Positions 20,002 to 30,090 of a DNA stretch of 64,000 bases are shown here, piece after piece. Every line of letters starts with the position of its first letter. The first letter of the stretch is position 1. The DNA comes from Aureliella sp. Its GTDB lineage: Bacteria; Planctomycetota; Planctomycetia; Pirellulales; Pirellulaceae. The notes under the pieces were generated by a model. The model did not search any database. It saw nothing but the letters and a program-made list of their open reading frames with translations, and was not told the DNA's origin. Position numbers and translations under genes: made by a program. Where the stretch lies: assembly GCA_963691875.1 (NCBI GenBank), contig OY829846.1:1184001-1248000 (forward strand). The letters run 5' to 3'.

Positions 20002-20329
20002 GCTTTTGCTCCATGCGGGTTGGTGAGACTGAACACTGTCGAAGGCGAAGCTTCGAGGTCTCCAGCATGCGAACCCAAGAAAAGGGGAGTAGAGGGACCA
20101 CGGTGTAACTCACGATGCCCAAATTCTGTCGGGCGTTAGAATCATCGTAACTTATTTACCTAGCACAAACCGTATCTTCCCACATTTCTATTGTAAGAGT
20201 TACCGTAAGCTTAGAATAATTACTGCTTCTGAGATCTTTTTCTGGAATGCGAAAATCTCTCCACAGAGGGGACTGGGAAGTAGGAGTGAACTTTCTCACC
20301 GCGGAGCAATGGTCGATTCCTGGCTGCTG

Positions 20330-20365
20330 GCTTGAGCTAGCGGACCAGCTTGAGCTAGCAGACCA
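20330..20365. repeat. 18-bp tandem duplication in an intergenic region
   Basis: GCTTGAGCTAGCGGACCA followed by GCTTGAGCTAGCAGACCA. Confidence 0.85.
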
Positions 20366-20612
20366 ATATAGGGAACCAATCCAATGCGTTCGAAGTCGCA
20401 AAAGCAATCCTCTGTCGGCCTTGAACCAAGAAGACCTTGGCCCGACCGGATAAGGAGATTGAGAATAATTGGGGTAGAAAGACGGTTAGAACAGCTGAAG
20501 TGCAGGCCTAAAGCGGCGGGCGGCCTAATAAATCAGGTGTCGCTGCATTATCTTGCCGAGCTCCTGGTGGGGATTGGGGACCTCTGATGGCCTTAGAAAA
20601 GGATTAACAAGC

Positions 20613-21047
20613 ATGCTGGATCCTGAGGGAACGGGCCAAGCTCTTGAGATCATGCTGATCGAAGACAGCTTGTTGGACGCTCGCCTGACTATCGAAGCCT
20701 TGAAGCACTGCGGAATTCATCATCGCCTCTCATTTTTTCGAGAGGGTGGTGAGTCAATGCTGTTTCTGAACAAAGAAGGAGTGTTTGCCAGAGCACCTTT
20801 ACCGCACGTGATTTTGCTGGACCTCTTCCTACCTGACACACAAGGTGTCGATTTGCTGCGACAGTTTCGAGCAAACCCAGAGACAGCTTCGATTCCGGTC
20901 GTGATCCTGACCAGCAGCGACGACAACACCGACCAAAATGAATGCGAAAAGCTCGGCGTTTCCAGCTATATCCGGAAGCCCTTTAACGAAGAGAAGTTCC
21001 TAAGTGTGATACGTCGCATCAAGGGTCTGTCTTTGCTGGTCGAATAG
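20613..21047 (+). CDS. Stand-alone response regulator receiver (Rcp1-like)
   Basis: IMLIEDS, VILLDLFLP, IPVVILTSS, YIRKPF; start ATG 20613 after AAGGA. Confidence 0.88.
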   Translation: MLDPEGTGQALEIMLIEDSLLDARLTIEALKHCGIHHRLSFFREGGESMLFLNKEGVFARAPLPHVILLDLFLPDTQGVDLLRQFRANPETASIPVVILTSSDDNTDQNECEKLGVSSYIRKPFNEEKFLSVIRRIKGLSLLVE

Positions 21048-22173
21048 TCGAGGCTCCAGCCGACTGCCAACGTCGCTTGTGATAGACACGCAGTCCGTTG
21101 AGCGCGTGGTAGAGTGCACCGCAGTCAACTTTCTGCTGATGCATATTTTCGATGAGCCCACAAAGATGCGCTGCAGATCGCTCAACCCACTCGGACTCCA
21201 GTTCCTCTTGTGAGGAAGCCAGGGCAACAAACTCGAAGACATGCCCTGTTCCCGACAACTCTGCGAACAGATCGCGTGAATTGCCTGCGCGTGTAAAATA
21301 GAAACTTGAGAGTCGTCCGTCCGCTGCCCGATTCTCCCTGGTCGAAGTCAACAACCCATCGACCCGCTCCCTTGCCTTCTTCCACACGGGCCCTTTGGCA
21401 ATGCCCAGCTTTTCTGCGGCTCGCAATGCCGCCACAATGCCCGCCATTCTGTGAGTCCCGCCGCAGGCACTATCCGACAGCTCGTATCGCAACTCTTCTT
21501 CGACCAACATCTCCCAGGTCACTTCGATATCGCCCTCAGAGATCCAGCTCGGCTCCTTCGGGAAATAATGTGTCAACGCAATCAACGTCCAACTAAATTC
21601 GTTGATCGGATTATTCGATACATCAAATTGCGTCTGGCGCGCCCAGTCCTCCAAGGTAGCTGTGAATCCCCCGATCTGAATCTGAGTATTCATGGGAATA
21701 TCGGCCATCGCACATATCGCTAACCACTGATCAACGTGGCCCTGCCCAATGTAGCTGCCTGGATCAAACTTCGCTTTCACGCCAACCCTTCCGGTCGACT
21801 TCAGCGGGTTTACTGAAAGGCGGAGTTCCATGCCTCGCATCATGCCACCGGAAAAGATGTAATCGAGCGCGCCTACCTGACCTCGATCAAGCGTCTTGAT
21901 TTCTAGATCGTGTCCGTAGCAAATGACTGCATGCATAATTTGCCAGGCGGCATTGACTTCTGTCGAAAGCGTCCGCTCAAAATTGGAAAGAGAGAGCACT
22001 TCGCTGACGCGCTGTTCCAAGTTCCCCTGATCAGTAGGTTCCAAGACGCTCGTATGCAGCGCGGACTCTGGAGTCGTCCCGGGCTCAGGAGCACATCCGT
22101 TCGTAGCCAGCACAGTGGCGGCGAATAGCAGCGTGGCTCTCACCGAAGCATTCTTGGTAAGCAGAGGTGTCAT
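21019..22173 (-). CDS. Hypothetical lipoprotein, planctomycete-type
   Basis: 384-aa ORF; signal peptide with TNGC lipobox-like site; motifs GQGHVDQWLA, ACGGTH, GALYHA. Confidence 0.75.
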   Translation of the reverse strand: MTPLLTKNASVRATLLFAATVLATNGCAPEPGTTPESALHTSVLEPTDQGNLEQRVSEVLSLSNFERTLSTEVNAAWQIMHAVICYGHDLEIKTLDRGQVGALDYIFSGGMMRGMELRLSVNPLKSTGRVGVKAKFDPGSYIGQGHVDQWLAICAMADIPMNTQIQIGGFTATLEDWARQTQFDVSNNPINEFSWTLIALTHYFPKEPSWISEGDIEVTWEMLVEEELRYELSDSACGGTHRMAGIVAALRAAEKLGIAKGPVWKKARERVDGLLTSTRENRAADGRLSSFYFTRAGNSRDLFAELSGTGHVFEFVALASSQEELESEWVERSAAHLCGLIENMHQQKVDCGALYHALNGLRVYHKRRWQSAGASTIRPAKTDP

Positions 22174-22340
22174 AAAGTGTTCTTAAAATCCGAATTTCAG
22201 ATCGGTGTTGAAGGATCAGAATCGCTCTTTGCGGCCCTTATGTGACCAGCCAGGCTGCTAGTCGTGATTCCGAAATCGCGTCATAATTGTTCTAGCGGGA
22301 ACCATTCTAGTTTGACGAATCTTGGCGAAAAGTTCTGGCG

Positions 22341-22880
22341 ATGTTTTCTATGCCGACAGCAGGAAAAGAGGAAGAATCGGATGTGCATCCCAGCCTTCTC
22401 GCTGAAGAGCCCTTGCTGCACCAATGCGAAATGCGCCGCGAACGACGAAGCGGGCCAGGCGGCCAACACCGTAACAAAGTGGAGACGGCCGTTGTCATTA
22501 CCCATGGGCCGACGGGAATATCTGCAGAGGCCAGTGAACGTCGCTCCCAGGCAGAAAACCGTCGCGTTGCGATCTTCAGGCTTCGTCTCACTCTTGCTAC
22601 GCAACATCACAGTCAAACACTGAGCAAAGAGAATAGCGACCTGTGGAAACTCCGCTGCGGCAACGGACGCGTGAGTGTCGCGACCGAACATGCTGATTTT
22701 CCGGCGATTTTGGCTGAGGCAATCTGTGGTATTCGTTCAGCGGAATTCGACGTAGCTGGAGCCGCGCGAGGAAAGGGCATTAGTACTTCTCAAATGATTC
22801 GCCTGCTCAAGAAACATCCAGCAGCCTGGGCGTCGGTCAACGCAGAAAGGCAGCAACGCAATCTGCATAGGCTGAAGTAG
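22341..22880 (+). CDS. Peptide chain release factor-like protein (GGQ domain) with extra C-terminal domain
   Basis: RRSGPGGQHRNKVETAV...HGPTGI...ERRSQAENR; lacks the stop-codon-recognition domains of RF1/RF2. Confidence 0.85.
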   Translation: MFSMPTAGKEEESDVHPSLLAEEPLLHQCEMRRERRSGPGGQHRNKVETAVVITHGPTGISAEASERRSQAENRRVAIFRLRLTLATQHHSQTLSKENSDLWKLRCGNGRVSVATEHADFPAILAEAICGIRSAEFDVAGAARGKGISTSQMIRLLKKHPAAWASVNAERQQRNLHRLK

Positions 22881-23600
22881 CAGTTAAGTTCTACGATTTA
22901 TTCAGCATGTGTCTCACCCAAGAGCAGGGTAGCCGCCAACTCCGCTACTGACTCAAAACGCAAATCATTCCATTTGCAGTCTTGCGCGACACAACCCAAT
23001 TCCAGGCTGATTCGGCCTTCTCATTCAAAGCGTCAGTCAATGGCTCAGCAATTGCCTCACTACGTCCTGTTTGCAGCCTGCTAGGGGCCTGACTCAAGTT
23101 CTCGTGCGGAATGGTTCATACCCGGGCGGCATCCGACACTCACTCGGCGAGATGCAATGCGAACATAGAAAGCGTCGAAAGGTCAATTCTCTGATAGAGA
23201 GCGAAGCGTCGCAAATAGTTGCATTAACAGCGGAGGGTTAATCACAGTTTCACCTTGATGGAGCGAGCCGACTGCGCAGTTGCAATTTCAGCAGTGTAGA
23301 CGACTCGAAGCGAAAACGGATGAGTTTCATCGGCTGGGTCAAACAAACATTCGCTACGCCGATATCAGGGAAGTACAACGGAAACCGACGCTGCTCGACC
23401 AACCGTTCCTGCGCGACGGCTTGGCGAGAGAAGCACAAAATCTATCGTAAGGAACAAGTCGTCGCTCTGTGGCGAAGAACTTACGTTTGGCATAGAACTT
23501 AGGATTCTTCGCAGTTATTAGCGAGTGCCGCCGGCTCACGACCAAAACTCTGATTGGGCAATAGTAAAAAACTGATGAGTGCGAGCTGCTCGCACGGATT

Positions 23601-23897
23601 TTGGAGTGGAGATTGATAGACGAAAGAGAACAATGGCACGACGACTCGTATGACGAGGATGCCTACGATCCAATCTACGAGGAGGAAGATGAGGAAGGCA
23701 AGACAATTCCTTGTCCCAAATGCTCCGCAGACGTCTACTATGACGCGGAGCAGTGCCCCCAATGTGGCTACTACCTGACTTCGGCAGAACGCTTGGGTCC
23801 AGGATTGCCACGCTGGGTCTATTGGACTGCGGTGATATTGCTTCTACTGTTCCTATACAACGTCGGGGATGCGGTGTGGAACGCTATGTCGAGGTGA
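23601..23897 (+). CDS. Small zinc-ribbon membrane protein
   Basis: Acidic N-terminus, CPKC...CPQC, C-terminal transmembrane helix; start may be TTG 23613. Confidence 0.75.
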   Translation: MEWRLIDEREQWHDDSYDEDAYDPIYEEEDEEGKTIPCPKCSADVYYDAEQCPQCGYYLTSAERLGPGLPRWVYWTAVILLLLFLYNVGDAVWNAMSR

Positions 23898-24115
23898 GCC
23901 CCTTGTTTCATTGGACTAGCTGTGTGTACTTGACCAGAGTTCCTTCAGTCGTCGGGATGCTAGGATTTGAAAAGGCCAAGAAGGAATTCTGGCAAATCCT
24001 TTTTTATGCAAGGTATTCTGGCGAATCCCACTACGGAACGTTATGGTGAATTTGCTAAAGCGGACACGGTTTTAGTATTACGTGGAAGTGTTTGCCACTC
24101 AATTTGCCAAGAGTC

Positions 24116-24553
24116 ATGAACGAAATCCAGTCAATAAGCGAGGAAGAATCTCCGTCAGGTCACCCCGTGGTTTTGTTCGATGGAACTTGCAATTTTTGTA
24201 GCCTCTCGGTGCAATTTATCTTACGTAACGAGAGGGATTCCAACTTGCACTTTGCAACGCTGCAATCGGAGGTCGGACAGCAACGGCTGATGGATCATGA
24301 CATGCCGCGTGATCGCATGGATAGTATGATCCTGATCGACCAGGAGCAAGCTTATGATCGCAGCGACGCCGCACTTCGCGTCTTACAACACTTGCGAGCA
24401 CCATGGCGTTGGGCCAGAATTTTTGTCTTTGTCCCCAAGCCAATACGTGATTGGTGCTATCGCATTCTGGCTAAGAATCGTTACCGCATATTTGGACAGT
24501 CCGAGGTATGCATGGTTCCCAAACCTGAACTGAAGTCACGTTTCTTGAGCTAG
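24116..24553 (+). CDS. DCC-family thiol-disulfide oxidoreductase (DUF393)
   Basis: VLFDGTCNFC (DxxCxxC), FATLQS, RDWCYRILAKNRYRIFG. Confidence 0.9.
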   Translation: MNEIQSISEEESPSGHPVVLFDGTCNFCSLSVQFILRNERDSNLHFATLQSEVGQQRLMDHDMPRDRMDSMILIDQEQAYDRSDAALRVLQHLRAPWRWARIFVFVPKPIRDWCYRILAKNRYRIFGQSEVCMVPKPELKSRFLS

Positions 24554-25084
24554 ATTCGGACCTCCCACTGATGCTGCTTCCAAATGCCAGAGGTAGCTTA
24601 CTCTTGAGCGGATAGAATTGCTCAGGAGTTGGAAATCGAGGGACCTCCGGCTTGAGGCAGTCTAGGATGCAGCCCACCAAGAGGGGTGGAAACACGTAGA
24701 AGACTCATGCATTGGTGTGTTATCGCAGATAGCTCAATGTGGTCTTTCGCAACTTAGTGCTCCAGCCCTTTTCAGGAGCTGACTCGTCCAGGCCTCTCGC
24801 CTCGTCAAACAAGTTATATGTGACCGCCAGCCTCCAGTCTCCACTTGTCACTAGATCACTTTGTACTCGCTCCCTTTGTCATGACCAAAGGTGTCCTGGC
24901 TGCAGCGATAACCAGTGGCACTCAACCGTCGCACTCCCTCTTCCTCATCGCCACAACCCAACCTCTTCACAGGCAAATGGGTAATTTAGATGGTTTGGCG
25001 AGACAAACCGCAGGCGATGCTAGCATTCAAAGGCGATTTGAGTTTAGATTGATGCAGTCGTGAGAATTCCAATGGAACTGGAAA

Positions 25085-26095
25085 ATGCCAAGCAGCTTAG
25101 CACAGCCACAAACTGAAGCAGAACGTGTCCAGCAGCGTTTGGCCGACGTGGCTTCTCGCCGCGGCGGGGCCAGCAGCCCGTTGGCTCACAGCGATCGTGG
25201 GCTCAGTGAAAGTCCCGGTGAATCTGCAGAACCTTCAGCAGAACACTCCAAAATCGTCGCGCGCTTAGCACGTGAAGTTCGGCAACTGGAGACAGGGGGA
25301 CGGCCAGAAACACGCTCCGGCATCTCCTCTGGCTGTGAAGCACTCGATGCTTACCTGCCCCAGCAAGGCTACGTGCCAGGTACCATCATCGAGTACCTCC
25401 GCGAAACGCGAGCCTGTGGAGCGAGCTATCTTGCCTTTGCCGCTGCGGCTTCGGCTATGCAAGCGGACGATGGTTTTCTCGTTCTGATCGACAATCAAGA
25501 TATTCGGAGCTACTTTTATCCCCCCGCTTTGACCGCACATGGCATCGATTTGCGAAAGGTTGTCTTCGTCCAGCCACAATCTTTGGGCGATGCGATCTGG
25601 TCTGTCGATCAAGCTTTGCGAACGCCCGCCGTGTCTGCAGTGGTCGCGGAACTCGAAAGTTTGGATGACCGCAGCGCCCGACGCCTACAACTGGCAGCCG
25701 AGACTGGCGGCACTCTAGCATTCTTGCTTCGAAGTGCTGCGGCTCGCCATCGTCCCAGCTGGGCCGAGGTGCAATGGCTTGTGCGTTCGCGACGTCGCCA
25801 GTCGCCACTGAAGCAGACTTCAGGCGAGGCAATAGTCGAGCTCGGCCATGAAAACCAGCGGCAAAACTTAGGGGCAGATGCCAGCAAGTTAATCGGTCGC
25901 GAGTTGCAAGTTCAGCTTTTGCGAAATCGTGGCGGTCGCTGCGGAGCACAATTAAGACTGGCGATTCACCCTGTAACAGGAGCGTTGCAGAAAGTTCCTC
26001 CCCGAAAGAGTCGGCATGAGCAAACGGCTTCTATGCGTCTGGCTACCCAATTGGCCAATCCAAAGAATCCAAGCCGAAGATCCCACGCTGGCTGA
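25085..26095 (+). CDS. imuA: ImuA (RecA-like accessory protein of the mutasome)
   Basis: ISSGCEALDAYLP..G, FYPPAL..HGIDL, DQALRTPAV, RRLQLAAETGG; degenerate Walker A; overlaps imuB by 80 bp. Confidence 0.85.
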   Translation: MPSSLAQPQTEAERVQQRLADVASRRGGASSPLAHSDRGLSESPGESAEPSAEHSKIVARLAREVRQLETGGRPETRSGISSGCEALDAYLPQQGYVPGTIIEYLRETRACGASYLAFAAAASAMQADDGFLVLIDNQDIRSYFYPPALTAHGIDLRKVVFVQPQSLGDAIWSVDQALRTPAVSAVVAELESLDDRSARRLQLAAETGGTLAFLLRSAAARHRPSWAEVQWLVRSRRRQSPLKQTSGEAIVELGHENQRQNLGADASKLIGRELQVQLLRNRGGRCGAQLRLAIHPVTGALQKVPPRKSRHEQTASMRLATQLANPKNPSRRSHAG

Positions 26096-27770
26096 GAAGC
26101 CTCTGCTCCTCTCTACTCGTGATCCTCGTCGCGGACTGCTCGTTGCCGCAGCCAATCTTGCCGCGCGCAAAGAGAACGTGAAGCCCGGAATGCGGCTCAG
26201 CGAAGCTACGGCGCTGGTCGAAGCCGAGGTAATCGAACAAGATACGCACGAAGAACTGGAAGCTCTCTGCCATCTCGCCGAACAAATGCAGCTTTTCAGC
26301 CCGATCGTGGGACTCGAACAGCTCGAACGCAAAACCTGGGCAGGACGCAATTCATTACAACCCGAGTGCCTGTTGCTCGACATCACTGGCATCGGACAAT
26401 TGTTTGGTTCCGAGGAAGAACTTGTCCAGCAGTTTGGAGCTTGGCTGCGCGAGCGACATCTCTTTGGTTGCATCACGGTCGCTGGAAGTATTGGTGCCGC
26501 GTGGGCCATCGCGAACTACGGACTACGGCGAGAATCGGCGCTGCAATGCAACTTGTCGGACGATGAAGAGCAGCCAGAATCACTACCCGCTTGCCGCTAC
26601 CAAATTGTCGAAGTCGACGAACGCGAATTAGAAAAAACACCTGAGACTCAGTCAACCGAAGCAGGCTGGTACGATCGTGCGGCCAAAGCTGCCATTGCAG
26701 ATCTTCCCATCGCAGCCTTGAGACTCGCCAGCGACACCGTTCATTCCCTCCAACGTCTCGGAATTCATCGCATTGGGCAGCTGCAAACACTGCCGCGACA
26801 AGGAATGGGGACGCGACTGGGCGAGCAATTACTTCTCCGCTGGGACCAAGCCCTCGATCGTAAAGAAGAACCGGTCGTCACACTGCACAGCTTACCAGAC
26901 TGGTGTCTTGAAGACTCGCTTGAGTATCCGACCGAACACCAGGAAGCTATCGCTGAGCTACTTCGTCGCCAGGGCGAAGTACTGGCAGAACGCCTACAAA
27001 AACGTGGGCAAGGTGCACTGCGCATCCTGTGTCGCCTCGACTTGGTCGACGCGCAACCGCTGCTCATGCAACTCGGTTTGTTTCGCCCGACAAACGATGC
27101 AGAACACCTGGAAGAATTGCTGGTCGGCCAACTCGAGCAAGTCCTGCAAGAGAACTCGATTTCTGCTGTTTGGCGTCTAAGCCTGCAAGCCACTTTGACG
27201 GCCGATATGATCTGGCGGCAAGCTGATTTATTTGAAGGAGATCAAACAGCGAACCGCAATCAAATGGCAAAGCTCATCGACACACTCAGCAGCCGCCTTG
27301 GACGCAAGCAAGTCATGGTGGGAAACGTGCGACGAGAATCACAGCCCGAGTTGGCTTATCAGCTGCAGCCCATGACGGGCCGCAAACAAGGCGGAGAACA
27401 GCAAGACACCGTCAAAAAATTGAGTTCCAGATTGGCCCGACGCCGCGCCGAACCTTCAACAGAAGATCCGCTTCGCCGCCCCACACACTTGTACAAGAAA
27501 CCTCAGTCGATCGAAGTCTCTATTGAACCAACGAACGAATTCATCGAAGACGGTGCACATCTAGCCACAGCTCCAGACAGCTTTCTGTTCCAAGGCAAAA
27601 CTTATCTGGTCACCACCTCTTGCGGGCCAGAGAGATTGGAAAGTGGCTGGTGGCGTGGCCCGAGCGTCCGACGAGATTACTATCGCATCGAAGTTCAAGA
27701 TGGCAGTTGGTGGTGGATCTACCGCGATCTCAACACCGCCACTTGGTTCCTGCACGGCATATTTGACTGA
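26016..27770 (+). CDS. imuB: ImuB, Y-family DNA polymerase-like protein
   Basis: RLLCVWLPNWPIQR, GMRLSEA, LLLDITG..LFGSEE, LPIAALRL, C-terminal GPERLESGWW...RDYY...WFLHGIFD. Confidence 0.9.
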   Translation: MSKRLLCVWLPNWPIQRIQAEDPTLAEKPLLLSTRDPRRGLLVAAANLAARKENVKPGMRLSEATALVEAEVIEQDTHEELEALCHLAEQMQLFSPIVGLEQLERKTWAGRNSLQPECLLLDITGIGQLFGSEEELVQQFGAWLRERHLFGCITVAGSIGAAWAIANYGLRRESALQCNLSDDEEQPESLPACRYQIVEVDERELEKTPETQSTEAGWYDRAAKAAIADLPIAALRLASDTVHSLQRLGIHRIGQLQTLPRQGMGTRLGEQLLLRWDQALDRKEEPVVTLHSLPDWCLEDSLEYPTEHQEAIAELLRRQGEVLAERLQKRGQGALRILCRLDLVDAQPLLMQLGLFRPTNDAEHLEELLVGQLEQVLQENSISAVWRLSLQATLTADMIWRQADLFEGDQTANRNQMAKLIDTLSSRLGRKQVMVGNVRRESQPELAYQLQPMTGRKQGGEQQDTVKKLSSRLARRRAEPSTEDPLRRPTHLYKKPQSIEVSIEPTNEFIEDGAHLATAPDSFLFQGKTYLVTTSCGPERLESGWWRGPSVRRDYYRIEVQDGSWWWIYRDLNTATWFLHGIFD

Positions 27771-27797
27771 TGCAAATCACCGCAAACGCCCCCCACT

Positions 27798-28026
27798 GTA
27801 AGCCGGAAACGAGCGCAGCGTTGTTGCGGCATCTACGTCACTTTGATCTCACTAAAAAAGGCCCTTCGCGGAATTTCGTGGCAAGGTAGCATCTGCTCCA
27901 AGGACTTATGCTTGGCCTTTCGAACAAGAAATATCACGCGGAGGCGCGGAGAACAAGATAGTGAGAGCGAGACTGTTATTACTTCAATATTGGACATTCC
28001 TTGTTCGGTATTCGATATTCGATTCC
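27798..28026. repeat. Cluster of degenerate repeat elements: REP-like palindrome, CACGCGGAGGCGCGGAG motif, heptamer array
   Basis: GTAAGCCGGAAACGAGCGCAGCGTTGTTGCGGCA (27798-27831); TCACGCGGAGGCGCGGAG (27934-27951); ACTTCAA-TATTGGA-CATTCCT-TGTTCGG-TATTCGA-TATTCGA-TTCC (27981-28026). Confidence 0.6.
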
Positions 28027-29355
28027 CTCTGCCCAACGTTGTTTCTTGGGTAAGTGAGATTGCATCTTGCCAGGACGGATCAAATAAATATTTGGACGAT
28101 CCGCAGGCTGCCATTAACAATGATCAAGAGCCACAAGAAAACCACAATTACCTCTTGGCTGACCTGCCCATTACGGTGTTGCCGTCTCACTATCGTCGAC
28201 AGCAACCGAAGCTTCAGGAAAGCGATACCAAACAACTTTGTTTACCCCTGTTTACTCCGACAGATTCTAGATTTGTTTCCACTGTGAAGAACTCCGAGTT
28301 TGGAGGCGGAGTATGTCACATCTTCGCATGAGTTACAGTTGGGCCCGGCGGCATCCCGTATTTCCAATCTAATGCCTTCAGCAGTTTCAAAAGCCCAGAA
28401 AACGACTCTTCGCAAATCGTTTCGCTAACCTCCTTTCGAAGCAAGAATTGTTTAGCCTTACATTTTTCTGCGTAGGGCAAGAGACTGCCAGACAAATTCT
28501 GAATACGAAAAGTCAGATTCATACTGGCTTTCGCTTTCGCAAGTCGCTCAGCGATGAACGAACATATCCAATACCGACCAAAGCTTCCGTTAGCGTGATG
28601 GAGAACTTCTCCGACTGATACGTACCAAGCAATTGCACGAATGCCTCACCGCCTGGCTTGTCAGTTTCAAGTTGGAGGTGTTCGCTTCCATCCTTTTCCT
28701 TGTTGTCTACTCCGGATCTAGCACACACCCATGTGTCTTGCAACCTGGACGCACGCCAAAGATCTAGCTCACAACTACTGCAGCAACCAACAAAGTCGTT
28801 TGCCAAAACAGGCGATATCGAACGCTGGGAGATCGCTTAGGCGACGCAGCATCACAGAGTTGTCCATGGATCAAACTACTACTTCCCGCGAGGCCTCGGA
28901 AGGTCTGCGGTTCCCGTATCCTGTGGAGAATCCAAGAAGCTTTGCTCAACCCTAAACGCCGCACTGACTCTCTGCAAACGCACCGAAATCTCCCAACTCA
29001 GTTTCGATTGCTAAGAAGGGCACCACCGGATTTGCAATAAAGTCGCGTTGGAGAATCAATTCCCTCTGTCTCCGACCACACTCTGCCCAGAGATGCCGGA
29101 CTGTATATTGCTCTTCCTAACGGTTGGACCATTTCATAACCTCGCCGATCCATGAACGCGGCGGTTTCACGTGGGCGAATATCGCAAATAGCACGCGTTC
29201 AGGCTTTTTGCTACCAAATGCGTGAAGGGAACGCCGCTTAAAATCGATGCCCCATGGTAACGCTTCTAAAACAATGATTTGTTATGCTCGATCAACTCGT
29301 GATAGTTATTAATCTCAAACATTGACGCACCAACGTACTTCAGCGGAAATCCCCA

Positions 29356-29940
29356 CTACTTACCAAGCAACACAAAGGCATGTCCATCTGCTTGCAAATT
29401 TACAAGCGTGTTCATCGCAGAAACAGCTACATCGACATCACCAATAACTTCATCAGGATGGAAGCCTTTGCCAACTAACGATTGGCCGCACACGTAGATC
29501 TCAACTCCAGCCTCCCTCAATTTGCGGATGCAATCCAGGTTCGGATTGTCGCATTTGTATTTGCTGCGATAATCATCAGGCTTTAAGCAGATCAAGGTTG
29601 CATCTCCGTGAAGCACGACAGCGATTGAAACCGCCGCCGATTCTTTTCCGGCTCCTGCGTAAATGTTCACGAAGCGAGTGACTTTCTCAATTCCAGGGTT
29701 TAGCTTTTCCGCATCACCGCCTTTGATTAAGTCCACAACAACCTTGCTACCAGAACGGGGTTGCTGAGCCGCTTCTGGCAAGTGTGCGACCTTGCCCATA
29801 CCCGAGATCTTTGGATAGCGGTACTCCGGTAACTCCTTTTCTACCGAAGCAGAGGAGGCAACAAGTCCTTGAAGGAAAGCGTTATTCGATAGCAAAAAAA
29901 CGAGGAGAAGCGGTGCCGAACAACAGAGTGCTTTGAACAT
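29356..29940 (-). CDS. DsrE-family protein, probably exported
   Basis: Likely start ATG 29940 with hydrophobic N-terminus; IAVVLHG, NPNL, GVEIYVCGQS, VAVSAM...LQADGH. Confidence 0.82.
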   Translation of the reverse strand: MFKALCCSAPLLLVFLLSNNAFLQGLVASSASVEKELPEYRYPKISGMGKVAHLPEAAQQPRSGSKVVVDLIKGGDAEKLNPGIEKVTRFVNIYAGAGKESAAVSIAVVLHGDATLICLKPDDYRSKYKCDNPNLDCIRKLREAGVEIYVCGQSLVGKGFHPDEVIGDVDVAVSAMNTLVNLQADGHAFVLLGK

Positions 29941-30090
29941 GGTGAGGATCCTTAGACGAGAAAATGAAAAAAGAATCAGCAACCGAATGCCGACAAAACG
30001 CATCGCTCGACTGAGCTAACGGAAGCGGGATTTCGCCAAAACTCCTGGCAAACCCCAGTGCCCTCCGAATGTTTTGAGCCAGCCCAGCCA

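Noticed and set aside
23081..23100. CTAGGGGCCTGACTCAAG as an IS terminal repeat
   Set aside because: I found no partner inverted repeat or transposase in the window; too short to support.
24554..25084. LexA/SOS box upstream of imuA
   Set aside because: I saw no convincing palindrome or known LexA motif.
27843..28964. Short ORFs downstream of imuB (27843-28331, 28316-28522, 28519-28806)
   Set aside because: No recognisable motifs; the first reads through non-coding repeats. They may be remnants but cannot be called.
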